From the NCBI GenBank assembly GCA_040217195.1, contig JAVJNR010000004.1, positions 640,001 to 704,000 of the forward strand: 64,000 nt of DNA. Direction: 5' to 3'. The position numbers and the translations under genes were made by a program. The notes under the pieces are model-generated. The model was not told the DNA's origin, searched no databases, and saw nothing but the letters and a program-made list of their open reading frames with translations. The stretch is from Leptospiraceae bacterium. Lineage in GTDB: Bacteria > Spirochaetota > Leptospiria > Leptospirales > Leptonemataceae. Below are positions 21,658 to 31,789 of the stretch, one piece after another; position 1 is the first letter of the stretch; every line of letters begins with the position of its first letter.

Positions 21658-22119
21658 TTAATCTGGATAGGGCAGATAACCCTTCTGCTTTAACTGAATG
21701 TAAAATCCTTCCAGCACAGAAAGGATTTGAGTGGAGTCCGACAGGTTCGACTGCAGTTCCTGTTCTACCTTGCGGTACAGTGCAAGACATCTTCGAGCCA
21801 GAGCCTTTCCTTCTGGTTTGAGGCGAACCGAGTAAGTCCTTCGGTTCTCAATTGAGGCATTACGATCCAGCAAACCCTTCCTGTACAGTGCCTGTACCAC
21901 AGTCGTCATGGTACCCGGGTCCTTTTGTAGATCCCGGGCCAGGGAGCTCATATCGGCATTCTTTCTTCTCTCCAGCAGTAGCAGCACTTCCGCCTGAGCC
22001 CGGCTCATTCCTGGAATACGATTTCGCAATTCTCGACTGATTTGAAGATCCAGAGCTTCTCCGATCCTAACCGAATAGGCCAGCAGACCGGGCATTGAAA
22101 CCTTAGATGTTTGAGCCAC
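21658..22119 (-). CDS. MarR family regulator
   Basis: wHTH pattern, ENRRTYSVRLKPEG. Confidence 0.85.
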   Translation of the reverse strand: MAQTSKVSMPGLLAYSVRIGEALDLQISRELRNRIPGMSRAQAEVLLLLERRKNADMSSLARDLQKDPGTMTTVVQALYRKGLLDRNASIENRRTYSVRLKPEGKALARRCLALYRKVEQELQSNLSDSTQILSVLEGFYIQLKQKGYLPYPD

Positions 22120-22130
22120 AAAACCATTTT

Positions 22131-22161
22131 ACTTGGAGATCCAATTATTGGCAATCCAAGT
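22131..22161. promoter_or_regulatory. Probable MarR operator
   Basis: Dyad ACTTGGAgatCCAATtATTGGcaaTCCAAGT (two TTGG-N4-CCAA units) just upstream of the marR start. Confidence 0.6.
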
Positions 22162-22202
22162 TTCAATCGTAGAACCGGGTATGTATTGGCCCGATAAAAA
22201 CA

Positions 22203-22718
22203 TCAGGCAATGGGATCAGGACAGACAGATCGTAGCTTGCAGGGCTTACAGAATTCACCCATACAAAGTGCATCCAGTCTATCCATCATGGATTGAATTT
22301 GAACTGCATCCGTGGTGCGAACTGCCATTTCAAAGTTCCGTTTATGAATTCCTTTAGCGCCCAGGCCAGCCCCGGTAAGATTCGCAGAGCCAAGCAAAGC
22401 AGATTTACCATCTACGATTACGCATTTGGAATGATTTCTGGGGCACAGGAAGCGCTCAAATCGATCCGATTCCAGTAATTCAGGAAAGCGGTCAAATTCC
22501 TTGCGAAAGAAAGGCCCAGGCTCCTTTGCATGAATTAGCCTTACTTCCACCCCATTTCTTACCAGACCTGCAAATATCTCCAGAATTGAACGGAACTTTT
22601 TCCCGGATTCGATATATGTAGATTTAATGTCTGCCGTAGCAATCCATACAAATCGTCTGGCCTGAAGCAAGTCCTGCTGAAAGGAGGAATAGATCTGCTC
22701 GGAGAAAAGAAGCTCCAC
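22203..22718 (-). CDS. Single-domain phospholipase D-like (HKD) protein
   Basis: HSKCVIVD...GSANLT...NFE. Confidence 0.85.
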   Translation of the reverse strand: MELLFSEQIYSSFQQDLLQARRFVWIATADIKSTYIESGKKFRSILEIFAGLVRNGVEVRLIHAKEPGPFFRKEFDRFPELLESDRFERFLCPRNHSKCVIVDGKSALLGSANLTGAGLGAKGIHKRNFEMAVRTTDAVQIQSMMDRLDALCMGEFCKPCKLRSVCPDPIA

Positions 22719-22783
22719 GTTTCATTCTCGGTGATTTACCGAATATTCTGGACAATCCGGCAATTTTGCACGTAATTCTATCT

Positions 22784-23488
22784 ATGAATCTGCCAACTGA
22801 AGCCATCCTGTATGTGGGCGATCCTATGTGTTCCTGGTGCTATGGATTCAATCCTGTATTGTCCAAAGTGGAGGAAGTTTACAGCGATCGAATGCCGGTG
22901 AAGGCTGTGATGGGTGGTTTAAGACCGGGAGATCTTGCCGAGCCCCTGGATGAAAGACTCAGCAAATTCTTGCAGCACCACTGGCAGCAGGTTGAGCAAG
23001 CCACCGGTCAGCCTTTCAACTATGAATTCCTGAATCGTCCTGGATTCGTATACGATACAGAACCGTCCTGCAGGGCCGTAGTAAGCTTTCGTAATTTTCT
23101 GCCCCAGAGGGAACTATCCTTCTTTTCTGATTTGCAATCGTCCTTCTACCGGGACGGCCAGGATCCCTGCAACACAGATACCTTTGTGAATCTTGTAGAG
23201 AAATACGATCTGGATGGGGAACAATTTCGTGAATTTTTCGACAGCGATGAGGCCAGGTACCAAACAAGCCTGGATTTTCAGCTGGGTCGTGCGGTGGGGG
23301 TCACAGGGTTTCCAGCACTGGTGCATCTAAAAGATCAACGAGCCATGGTCATCTCTTACGGATACACTCCATTTGATCGAATCCAGGATGTGATGGACAA
23401 CCTGATTTTAAAACCGGCCACTGGAGGCGACCGCGATGACGAGGCCTCTTCAGGAGAAGCTTGCGACATAGACTCTGGAGATTGCTAG
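22784..23488 (+). CDS. DsbA-family thioredoxin-fold protein
   Basis: DPMCSWCYGF, GVTGFP. Confidence 0.88.
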   Translation: MNLPTEAILYVGDPMCSWCYGFNPVLSKVEEVYSDRMPVKAVMGGLRPGDLAEPLDERLSKFLQHHWQQVEQATGQPFNYEFLNRPGFVYDTEPSCRAVVSFRNFLPQRELSFFSDLQSSFYRDGQDPCNTDTFVNLVEKYDLDGEQFREFFDSDEARYQTSLDFQLGRAVGVTGFPALVHLKDQRAMVISYGYTPFDRIQDVMDNLILKPATGGDRDDEASSGEACDIDSGDC

Positions 23489-23561
23489 AATCGCATGTGC
23501 GATAATCCGCAAATCGCAATGTTTGCCTGACTTCCTTCAGCCTGGCCTTTTTCAAGCTCAT

Positions 23562-25595
23562 CTACTGTACAAGAAATTCGAAACTTCTTGTTGGTGAAGG
23601 ATTACCTGCATAGTCACGCACCTGCACAGTGGCTGTGTATCGGCCCGGTTTCAATATCTCCTCCGGATAAAAGATTTCATAGCCATACCGGTCCGGATTC
23701 CACTCAGCAAGGGCCGGTTTGCCGTTCACTTCCAGCTGGATACTGCTAACATTGACTCCAGTTCCATAGTCTGCAAAGAAACGTAATGAAAGAAGAACCG
23801 GTCGGCCTGGACTTGTACGGAGAAGTGGAATTCTGCGAATGACCGGGGCAGATAAATCCTTCAGCACTACATACTTTTCTATTGTTCGAATGTAGCCTGT
23901 AATCTTTCCGTTCCGGCTGAAAGCCACAGGATACAGAGCACCCGAATCCGTAATGCGATATAGACCATCGTTATCTTCAAAGCCCTCCAGAGTAATTTGC
24001 AGGGGATCCAGAACAAATATCCTGTTGCGAAATACCATACCAGTCAATTCGTCCAGGTTACGAGCCTTGATCGAATATACCGAGGATAGTCGCTTTAGCT
24101 TTCCAGTGGCAGGCGCCTCTTCGCTTTGAATCACCTGAAATCGAACGGCTCCTGTAAGACTATGAGGACCTACGTGCAATTTCATCTTTTCATCGGAACT
24201 TTCAAGTATCAGATCCTTGCCCGGCCGACCCACTCCGGAGGATGAATCCATGGCATCCTTCAGACGTTCATCCATTGAGTAGGGTGCCCAGCCCAGATTC
24301 TCATGGGACACATTTAGCAGGGACAGAGTAGCCGGCCCACCTTTGAGTTTGAGGTCCACCGTCGAGAGGTTACCCACTGCGTCCTGAAGCTCCAGGCGAA
24401 TTTTTGACTCCTCCCCTGGATCTGGATCTGTGAGTCGGCCAAAATCACTTGATTCCAGAAAAGGATACTTTCCCGGAAGGAGATCGAATGCATTGTGAAT
24501 ATACTGAGTCCCTCCACCGATTCGGGAGGATTCGCTATAGAGCATCAAATGCCTGAAGGATCCATGATGCTTCAAAGTAAGAAAAGAAGAGGAGTATTTG
24601 GAGCGATCATCCTGCAGCAAGCGAAGACTGGAGATCCCCAGACGTGCATACTTGCCGGAAGGATCGAAGTATCGCACTTGCAGACAGGTCTTACCTTGAA
24701 CGATAACCGGCCTGGGCACTTCGTAGATCCGGGAAGAACAATCCTGAATCTTATCCCCGCAACTGGATCGCTCGGCCACAGAAATAACCTGAGGCGCCTC
24801 TTTTCCATTCACGGTTGCGCCAGATTCGCAGGGAATCAACACAATGGACTCCACCAGAGGTGCCCGGCGGTCTTCCAGGGTCAGTCCGTGCTTTAGAGGA
24901 TTCAGAACCAGGTCGCCTTCTAGATATTCAAAATGTAAATGCGATGGACCAGAGCCCGTATCTCCGCTCAGGGCAATCTGTTCGCCTCTCTGCACCGGAA
25001 CCTGATTCGCAGAAAAGCGTAGATCGAATCGCTTTCGAAGCTTGATCCAGTCCTTTAGCTCGGGATGCAGTTCAAATAGCCTTTTCAGAAGCTCAGGGGC
25101 GTATTCAGATAGATGACCATATTTTGATTCACGACCGTCCGGATGCCTTACCCAGATACCATATCCCAGCCCATATCCATCATACAAGATGCGCGAAACA
25201 TAGCCCACGCGAACCGAATAGACGGGATCCCCTTTCTCACTTGAAAGATCGATTCCATAATGAAAATGACTTCTTCTGTACTCTCCTGTGGTCCCGGTTA
25301 ATACCAGAGGAAGATCCAGAGGCGGATGAAGGTTTTGGGCTTCATGTTCAGGCTCTTTGCTGGTGGCTTTACGCTCAGCCTCGGAACCCTGCCCCTCCTG
25401 AGAAGTCTCGGATTCTCCTGCCCGGGGCTGCCTGTCAGGCTTGGCCTCCACCGATTTCTGCTCAACCGGCTCCTGACGCTGGACTCCTCCCTGACACAGG
25501 GCCGAAAAGGAATACAATAATACTAGTGCCAGAAGAATTGAGAATCTATCACGGCTGGTTCTTAACCGTCGAAAAAATGCGACATAATCTATCAT
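23562..25595 (-). CDS. M23 family metallopeptidase
   Basis: HFHYGID (HxxxD), YGHL, GDTG, HLHFE. Confidence 0.88.
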   Translation of the reverse strand: MIDYVAFFRRLRTSRDRFSILLALVLLYSFSALCQGGVQRQEPVEQKSVEAKPDRQPRAGESETSQEGQGSEAERKATSKEPEHEAQNLHPPLDLPLVLTGTTGEYRRSHFHYGIDLSSEKGDPVYSVRVGYVSRILYDGYGLGYGIWVRHPDGRESKYGHLSEYAPELLKRLFELHPELKDWIKLRKRFDLRFSANQVPVQRGEQIALSGDTGSGPSHLHFEYLEGDLVLNPLKHGLTLEDRRAPLVESIVLIPCESGATVNGKEAPQVISVAERSSCGDKIQDCSSRIYEVPRPVIVQGKTCLQVRYFDPSGKYARLGISSLRLLQDDRSKYSSSFLTLKHHGSFRHLMLYSESSRIGGGTQYIHNAFDLLPGKYPFLESSDFGRLTDPDPGEESKIRLELQDAVGNLSTVDLKLKGGPATLSLLNVSHENLGWAPYSMDERLKDAMDSSSGVGRPGKDLILESSDEKMKLHVGPHSLTGAVRFQVIQSEEAPATGKLKRLSSVYSIKARNLDELTGMVFRNRIFVLDPLQITLEGFEDNDGLYRITDSGALYPVAFSRNGKITGYIRTIEKYVVLKDLSAPVIRRIPLLRTSPGRPVLLSLRFFADYGTGVNVSSIQLEVNGKPALAEWNPDRYGYEIFYPEEILKPGRYTATVQVRDYAGNPSPTRSFEFLVQ

Positions 25596-25748
25596 AGGAT
25601 CTCCTGCCCGTTCATCTGCTCGAACCGTCCGGCTTTGCCGCTCGCCGGGCCGGAAACAAAGAATCTGTGGTTATTTTACCTGCCAGAGCAGATTGGAAAG
25701 CGCAAAAATGAGTGGCATCCCCGGGCTATCTGTATTAGGTTTTTTATC

Positions 25749-26492
25749 ATGATTGGACATAGATTCAAAGGCTCATTTCTGACTATTTCCCTGACGTTGC
25801 TCATGGCCACAAGCTCGGCTCTGGCTCAGAATGTGGTTCGATATCGTTCCAATGCTTACGATATCAAATCCGGTAAGTACATGTACACCGAGAATCATGC
25901 CGAACACTGGCAAAATGGAAAACATGCATATAGCATTGTTACCTACACTGACCCTCAGGGGAAGCTGATGGCGATCAAGAAGATTGTGTTCACAGCAAGC
26001 AAAACATCGCCTAACTACGATCTATCGGACAAGCGGTCCGGTCTGGAAGAAGGGGCTCGCATCAACGGCAACTCGGCCACACTATATCACAAGAGCTCCT
26101 CCTCGGATGCCAGGCAGTCCAGGACTTTGAATGTCCCCTCTCCCATGGTTGTGGATGGCGGATTCGATTACTTTGTACGATCCAATATGCAGAGCCTCAT
26201 GGCAGGCAAAACACTAACCGGTAACTTCACTGTTTCCCATCGATTGGACTACTTCCCCTGCAGAATCTACAAAGTGAAAGATCTTACCTTCCTGGAAAGG
26301 GATGCTGTTATGTTCGTGATGGAGCCTACAAATATTGTCATTCGTCAGCTGGCCGATCCAATCTATATAATCTATGATAAGAAAACTGGCCGGCTGCTCC
26401 GCTTCACAGGAGTCTCCAATCTGGAAAAGCCGGATGGAAGCAATTATCGAGTACACATAGTTTTTCGCTATCCGGATGAGCTTCTGAAATAG
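25749..26492 (+). CDS. Hypothetical exported protein
   Basis: Signal peptide ending ALA; VVDGGFDYFVR block. Confidence 0.65.
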   Translation: MIGHRFKGSFLTISLTLLMATSSALAQNVVRYRSNAYDIKSGKYMYTENHAEHWQNGKHAYSIVTYTDPQGKLMAIKKIVFTASKTSPNYDLSDKRSGLEEGARINGNSATLYHKSSSSDARQSRTLNVPSPMVVDGGFDYFVRSNMQSLMAGKTLTGNFTVSHRLDYFPCRIYKVKDLTFLERDAVMFVMEPTNIVIRQLADPIYIIYDKKTGRLLRFTGVSNLEKPDGSNYRVHIVFRYPDELLK

Positions 26493-26504
26493 ATCCCGTC
26501 CGCT

Positions 26505-28097
26505 ATGGCGGATCAAAAGAAAAGATCTCAGAGCGCAAATCGAAACCAGGCAGTGCGCACTCGAAACTGGAAGCCGGAAGATATTCCGGCCCTGGTAGAG
26601 CTGCAAAAAACAGTCTATAGTAGTGCCTACGAAGAAGGGATGTACGGCGCCCGGGTCTTTGAACTGGAACTGGCCGCCTTTCCAGAAGGGCAGATTCTTG
26701 CTGAACTGGACGGTAAGATTGTGGGCTACACGGCCACGCTTATTGTGAACCTGGAAAAAGATACTTATTACACCTTTGTAGAGATAACCGGAAACGGCAC
26801 TTTCACCACACATAATCCAGCAGGAGACACACTCTACGGTGCTGACATGGCTGTTCATCCAGATTATCGCGGAATGGGAGTGGCGCGCAAGTTGTATGCA
26901 GAAAGAAAAAGGCTCTTGCGACGTTTCAATCTCAGACGGATGATTGCAGGCGGACGAATCCCTGGCTATAGATCTTATGCTGGAAAGTTAACTCCGGAAC
27001 AATATGTTGAGAAGGTTGTGGCTCGAGATATTCAGGATCCCACCCTTACGCCTCAGCTAAAAGTAGGCTATCATGTAAAAGAAATTTACATGGATTACAG
27101 TAAGGATCTGGAGAGTTTAAACTATGCAACACTGATAGAATATATAAATCCGACCTTTAAGCCTGAAAGGCATCGGATCTCTTCAGCTCCTGTCACTCAT
27201 CCGGTGCGAAAGGTTCGCATCTGCGCCGCCCAGTATTTCATGCGTCCTATTAAGTCCCTGGATGAATTTGTTCGCCAGGTAGAATTCTATGTCGATACCG
27301 CCAATGAGTACCACTGTCATTTTCTGGTATTCCCTGAACTATTTACGGCTCAATTATTTCTAATACTTGCACCGGAAACTGATGACCGGGAAGCTATGCG
27401 ACGATTGGCCGGGTTTACAGAATCTTACATAGAAATCTTCAAGGAGAAGGCGCGAAAGACAGGCATCTTCATAATCGGCGGATCGCATCCTATAATTGCA
27501 CCGGAAGGAATTCGTAATGTAGCCCATTTGTTTACCCCGGATGGAGCTGTTTTTACCCAGGATAAGCTTCATATTACACCGTCCGAGAGAAAGTACTATA
27601 ACATGATTCCAGGAGATGGACTGAAAGTCTTCGATACTGGTATGGCCCGAATTGGAATTCAGATCTGCTATGATGTGGAGTTTCCAGAGTTGGCCCGCCT
27701 GCAAACCTTTGCAGGTATGGAGACTCTGTTTGTACCATTTTCTACGGAGCACCGAAAAGCTTACCTGCGTGTGCGATTCAGTGCTCAGGCCCGATCCATT
27801 GAGAACTGGTTGTACACCGTGCTTGCAGGTAATGTGGGAAACCTGCCCCAGGTAAAGAGCTTCTTAATCAACTATGGCCAATCCGCCATTCTGACACCAA
27901 GTGATCATCCTTTTCCCAATGAAGCGGTACTTTCGGAGGCGGAGCCAAACACAGAAACAGTGGTCATCTCAGAAGTGGATTTAAGCGATTTGCAAAGACA
28001 GAGAGAATATGGAAGCGTACGACCATTACGTGATCGGCGAATCGATATGTACGAAGTATTGAGCAAAGTGGAAGTAGAACGGATAAAGGTTTACTGA
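26505..28097 (+). CDS. Bifunctional GNAT acetyltransferase / carbon-nitrogen hydrolase
   Basis: VHPDYRGMGV (GNAT); nitrilase triad FPELF, DKLH, ICYD. Confidence 0.92.
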   Translation: MADQKKRSQSANRNQAVRTRNWKPEDIPALVELQKTVYSSAYEEGMYGARVFELELAAFPEGQILAELDGKIVGYTATLIVNLEKDTYYTFVEITGNGTFTTHNPAGDTLYGADMAVHPDYRGMGVARKLYAERKRLLRRFNLRRMIAGGRIPGYRSYAGKLTPEQYVEKVVARDIQDPTLTPQLKVGYHVKEIYMDYSKDLESLNYATLIEYINPTFKPERHRISSAPVTHPVRKVRICAAQYFMRPIKSLDEFVRQVEFYVDTANEYHCHFLVFPELFTAQLFLILAPETDDREAMRRLAGFTESYIEIFKEKARKTGIFIIGGSHPIIAPEGIRNVAHLFTPDGAVFTQDKLHITPSERKYYNMIPGDGLKVFDTGMARIGIQICYDVEFPELARLQTFAGMETLFVPFSTEHRKAYLRVRFSAQARSIENWLYTVLAGNVGNLPQVKSFLINYGQSAILTPSDHPFPNEAVLSEAEPNTETVVISEVDLSDLQRQREYGSVRPLRDRRIDMYEVLSKVEVERIKVY

Positions 28098-28174
28098 AAC
28101 GCTTTTAGCAGCCCGTTTAATCCCTGAATCGAAATACTTCTGATTGTACCGACTGCTCACCGCTCCCTCAGTTG

Positions 28175-28524
28175 AAGCGGAGGATTCAGTCACGGGTTTC
28201 TATTCACCCATCTAAGCGAAGCAATGAGTCACGGACTTCTATTCACTCATTTAAGCGAAGGAATCAGTCACGGTCTTCTATTCACCCATCTAAGCGAAAA
28301 AATCAGCCACGGGTTTTTCTTCACCCAATAAAACTAAGAATCTGGCCAGGGTTTGGATTCGTCTATGAATGCGAAGAATCCGGTCACAGGATATGCTTCG
28401 ACCATAAAAACTAAGACTTTTGTCCCAGGTTCTATTTCGCGCATGAATAATAAGAATCTGATTCCAGGATTGGCTTCACCCGGGAAATCAAAGATAACGG
28501 TCATAGGATTCCATTCGCAAATTG
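28175..28524. repeat. Degenerate 39-bp tandem repeat, about 9 units
   Basis: Units start at 28175, 28214, 28253, 28292, 28331 (38 bp), 28369, 28408, 28447, 28486; first four close to AAGCGAAGGAATCAGTCACGGGTTTCTATTCACCCATCT. Confidence 0.85.
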
Positions 28525-28778
28525 TGACCAGAGGATCGGGCTTACGAATTCTGCGTCTTTTTGCATCATAGATGCAGCAACCTGAACTGCATGGCGAGAC
28601 ACCGGTCTACCCCCCCGGAAGCCGCATCTCTGCTGCAGGTCCAATTTCCATTCAATCGTAAAAACATCCCCGGGCGAACCCTGTACCTTGAATATACCTT
28701 CCCCTTTTCTTTTCTTAATACTTTAATTATATTTACAATAAGTTCGTCCATTACTACGGTAATACTGGAGCAAACGTA

Positions 28779-29270
28779 ATGCCCTTGAATGATCTAGAAA
28801 GGGAACTGGCAGAAAAAAGCGTCTGGCCTACAGAGAGGTTGGTTAAGCAATTAATCAGCGATCATGAGACTTTCTTGAAGAAGAGTCTTCCTGCAATGCA
28901 TGAAAGCGCCCGGTTAGCAGAACACGAGCCGCTCATTCAGTTCGTAAAGACTCTGGATGCAGAGCTAAGAGGCCATTTTCGCACAGAAGAGAATATTGTA
29001 TTTCCGGTTCTAGTATCTCTGGAGCATGAAGATCCGGGCTCTCTAAAGCAGGCCCTACAATATGCCTGTAGACATATGGAGGCCGACCATTCCATGCATG
29101 AAAAGCATCTACGGTTGCTTGCAGCATTTCAACATGAGCTTGAAGATCAAATGGAACGGCCCGAGGTGCTACCTTTAATTCATTGTCTGGATGATTTTGC
29201 CAGAAGGATGTTTCTACACATGAATATTGAAAATCGATTCCTGTTTAAACGATACCTCAATTCAATTTAG
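28779..29270 (+). CDS. Hemerythrin-like protein (Ric/YtfE C-terminal-like)
   Basis: DH, HFRTEE..VFP, HMEADH, HMNIEN..LF. Confidence 0.8.
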   Translation: MPLNDLERELAEKSVWPTERLVKQLISDHETFLKKSLPAMHESARLAEHEPLIQFVKTLDAELRGHFRTEENIVFPVLVSLEHEDPGSLKQALQYACRHMEADHSMHEKHLRLLAAFQHELEDQMERPEVLPLIHCLDDFARRMFLHMNIENRFLFKRYLNSI

Positions 29271-29525
29271 TCCTTCAGCGGAAATAGCTCTGGCCGGACA
29301 TTCCAGAGCTTCTCTGGGTATGCTCACGTCGGGCACCCTGGACTGAAACATATGATCCTTTCCGCGGGCATGCCTTAGAACCGCTTTTCCATCCTTTTCA
29401 TTCATGATCCAGCGATCCGGAGCGATGGAAGCGCATAGTCCGCATCCGATGCATTTCTTTCTATTATACTGAATGCGATAAAATCCGCCCGAGCTTCTTG
29501 CTTCGAATGCATTGTTGTTATTCAT
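29262..29525 (-). CDS. Single-cluster ferredoxin
   Basis: CIGCGLC...ECPARAI; ATGA overlap with the U32 stop. Confidence 0.85.
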   Translation of the reverse strand: MNNNNAFEARSSGGFYRIQYNRKKCIGCGLCASIAPDRWIMNEKDGKAVLRHARGKDHMFQSRVPDVSIPREALECPARAISAEGLN

Positions 29526-30877
29526 GATTGATGCCGGGAGGACTCAAGAGAATCAGCGTAAACGGTATCCAATCGATAGACCTGGTCTCCTCTTCGCACG
29601 CGGCTCGAAACAGGAAACGTTATTACGCAGGGCCCCTTCGCCTCATCCAGGGATTGCCCGTCCCGACGTAAATCCTTCAGCTCCTGTTTGTGGGCTCCAG
29701 TAGTTTTGCCAAAAAATGCCAGTTGATCCCCGGATTTTAGAATGCCAGTCCTGACTTCAACTTCAGCCACCGAAATCTTAGAATAGAAGTTTCTTACCTC
29801 GCCCACAAATACTTTTCGCACAGAGGACTGATTTCCATCACTGGCTGCCCAGCCCTGACGCTCTCCCAGATAATACCCGCTGCTGAAGCCCCGATGGTAT
29901 ACCTGCTGCAGCCTATTCATCCAATCCGGTATGGCTGCTTTATACGATTCAAAGTCTCCCTTCGCGGCCATTTCAAGGGCTTCTCTGTACACCTGCACTG
30001 TATTTTGTACATAGTCCGGCCCCCGGTTTCGCCCTTCCAGCTTTAACATCTGAATTCCGCTCTCCACCATCCTGGGAAGAAAAGGAACCGTGCAAATATC
30101 GTTAGGTGACATGATATACTCATTATCTATTTCCAGTTCCACTCCCCTTTCATCGATAACCCTGTACTTTCGCCTGCAATTCTGGCGACAGGCTCCTCGA
30201 TTAGCGGAAGCCAGGTCCGAGTAAAGGCTCATCCCGCAACGCCCGGACACTGCAATGCATAATGCTCCATGACCGAACACTTCAATCTTTACCAGCTCTC
30301 CGGAAGGCCCTCTTACCTCCTGATGTTGAATCGATTGCACAATTCTTTGAATCATAGTCAGATCCAGTTCTCGGGCCACAACAATTACATCGGCGAACCT
30401 GGACCAGAATCTTACAGCTTCAATATTTGATACGGATACCTGGGTAGAAAGATGTATGTTCAGGCCACGCTCTATAGCTTTTTGAATCACTGCAGGATCC
30501 GAAGCGATAATAGCATCTATCCTGGCTGCTTGCGCCTGGTCCAGCACCGTATCCAGCAGTCGCATATCCCGATCATATATAACCGAGTTCAACGTCAGGT
30601 ATGCTTTTGCTCCGAAACGATGGCACTTTCTGGTCACATAATGCATATCCTGGAGCGAAAAGGCTCCGCTGGCCTGATTTCTTAGATTTAGATTCTCAAC
30701 TCCAAAGTAAATACTGTCCGCACCGGCCTGCAAAGCGGCCGCCACCATAGCCATTGTGCCTGCAGGAGCTACGATCTCAACTGGTCTACTACCCTTAATG
30801 GTACTGGGGGAATTGGAGATTTTTGGTGCCGGAAATGCACGGTTCCTTACTACAGGAATACCAGAATCGGATGCCAT
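29522..30877 (-). CDS. Peptidase U32 family Fe-S protein (TrhP/RlhA-like hydroxylase)
   Basis: APAG, HLSTQ, HGALCIAVSGRC...NRGACRQNCR, KLEGR. Confidence 0.9.
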   Translation of the reverse strand: MASDSGIPVVRNRAFPAPKISNSPSTIKGSRPVEIVAPAGTMAMVAAALQAGADSIYFGVENLNLRNQASGAFSLQDMHYVTRKCHRFGAKAYLTLNSVIYDRDMRLLDTVLDQAQAARIDAIIASDPAVIQKAIERGLNIHLSTQVSVSNIEAVRFWSRFADVIVVARELDLTMIQRIVQSIQHQEVRGPSGELVKIEVFGHGALCIAVSGRCGMSLYSDLASANRGACRQNCRRKYRVIDERGVELEIDNEYIMSPNDICTVPFLPRMVESGIQMLKLEGRNRGPDYVQNTVQVYREALEMAAKGDFESYKAAIPDWMNRLQQVYHRGFSSGYYLGERQGWAASDGNQSSVRKVFVGEVRNFYSKISVAEVEVRTGILKSGDQLAFFGKTTGAHKQELKDLRRDGQSLDEAKGPCVITFPVSSRVRRGDQVYRLDTVYADSLESSRHQS

Positions 30878-30927
30878 GATTCCTTATTTTTCGCAGGCTA
30901 AATTGACGCAAATGATAATCGCAGAGA

Positions 30928-31755
30928 TTATAATGTGATGGGCTCAGCAATCTCCCGGGAGAACTCAGGATGAGCCCGGTTTCTGGTCAGGACGCTTTCC
31001 ACCGGTTTAAACATCCGATAGTACTGCCAATCCTCCTGCGAAAAGTAAGCTGGCTTTAACCGGAGTATTTCCGAATTGCGATTCTCTGGATCCAGGTCCC
31101 GTATCCACCGGAACATATGATTCCAGCTCATTACTTCAAAAATTAGCTCATCCGGAGATGTAGAATGGATGCTGGCCCGGGACTGCTCATTGCCCCTGAC
31201 CGTTTCGGGATCTTGCGCGGCCCCTGGACTCTCTCTGGAAGTTTGTGTATGGTCCTTTTCGGGGCCTGCGAAATGAAAATCCATGGGCTGATGGTCCACG
31301 CCAAACCTGGAAGGATCGTAGTTTCTGGCTGTTTCGAAATGTAGTGAACGAACCCTGTATTTTTCCGGGTCTGCTGCCTGGTCCAGGACCAATGTAATTA
31401 CTTCTACATCCCCCGGTCCGAAAAGGATACTCTGCAAGGAAAGGCCCCCCGTGTAAAACATTCGACTGAGGAAGGCCCCCATTCCCGGAGCATCGTTTCT
31501 TTCAAAGGGCCAAACAAAAAAGTAAGCTATATGTATGTACCCTTCGCTGGAGCGACTCATTCTATAGAGTAGCTTATCCGGACCCAACCCTTCAGAAATC
31601 AGACCAGGAGCGAAACGATGGGCCAGAGAATCATCCCGGATAGGATGAAAACCGGAAACTTCGGAGGTATTCCTTTTCAAACTAGAGGCATAGAAACTGC
31701 CCAGAGCGAGCAATAGAAATGCCATAACTATTGTAGACCAGAGTTTTCGATTCAA
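30928..31755 (-). CDS. Hypothetical exported or membrane-anchored protein
   Basis: N-terminal hydrophobic helix; SWNHMF block. Confidence 0.6.
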   Translation of the reverse strand: MNRKLWSTIVMAFLLLALGSFYASSLKRNTSEVSGFHPIRDDSLAHRFAPGLISEGLGPDKLLYRMSRSSEGYIHIAYFFVWPFERNDAPGMGAFLSRMFYTGGLSLQSILFGPGDVEVITLVLDQAADPEKYRVRSLHFETARNYDPSRFGVDHQPMDFHFAGPEKDHTQTSRESPGAAQDPETVRGNEQSRASIHSTSPDELIFEVMSWNHMFRWIRDLDPENRNSEILRLKPAYFSQEDWQYYRMFKPVESVLTRNRAHPEFSREIAEPITL

Positions 31756-31789
31756 AAGGCAGTCCCCGAAAGAGATCCGGTATCAGACC

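Noticed and set aside
28175..28524. CRISPR array
   Set aside because: Units are contiguous with no unique spacers, and there are no cas genes in the window
30903..30925. FNR- or Fur-like site upstream of the U32 gene
   Set aside because: Only half-sites match (TTGAC...ATGAT; AATGATAATC)
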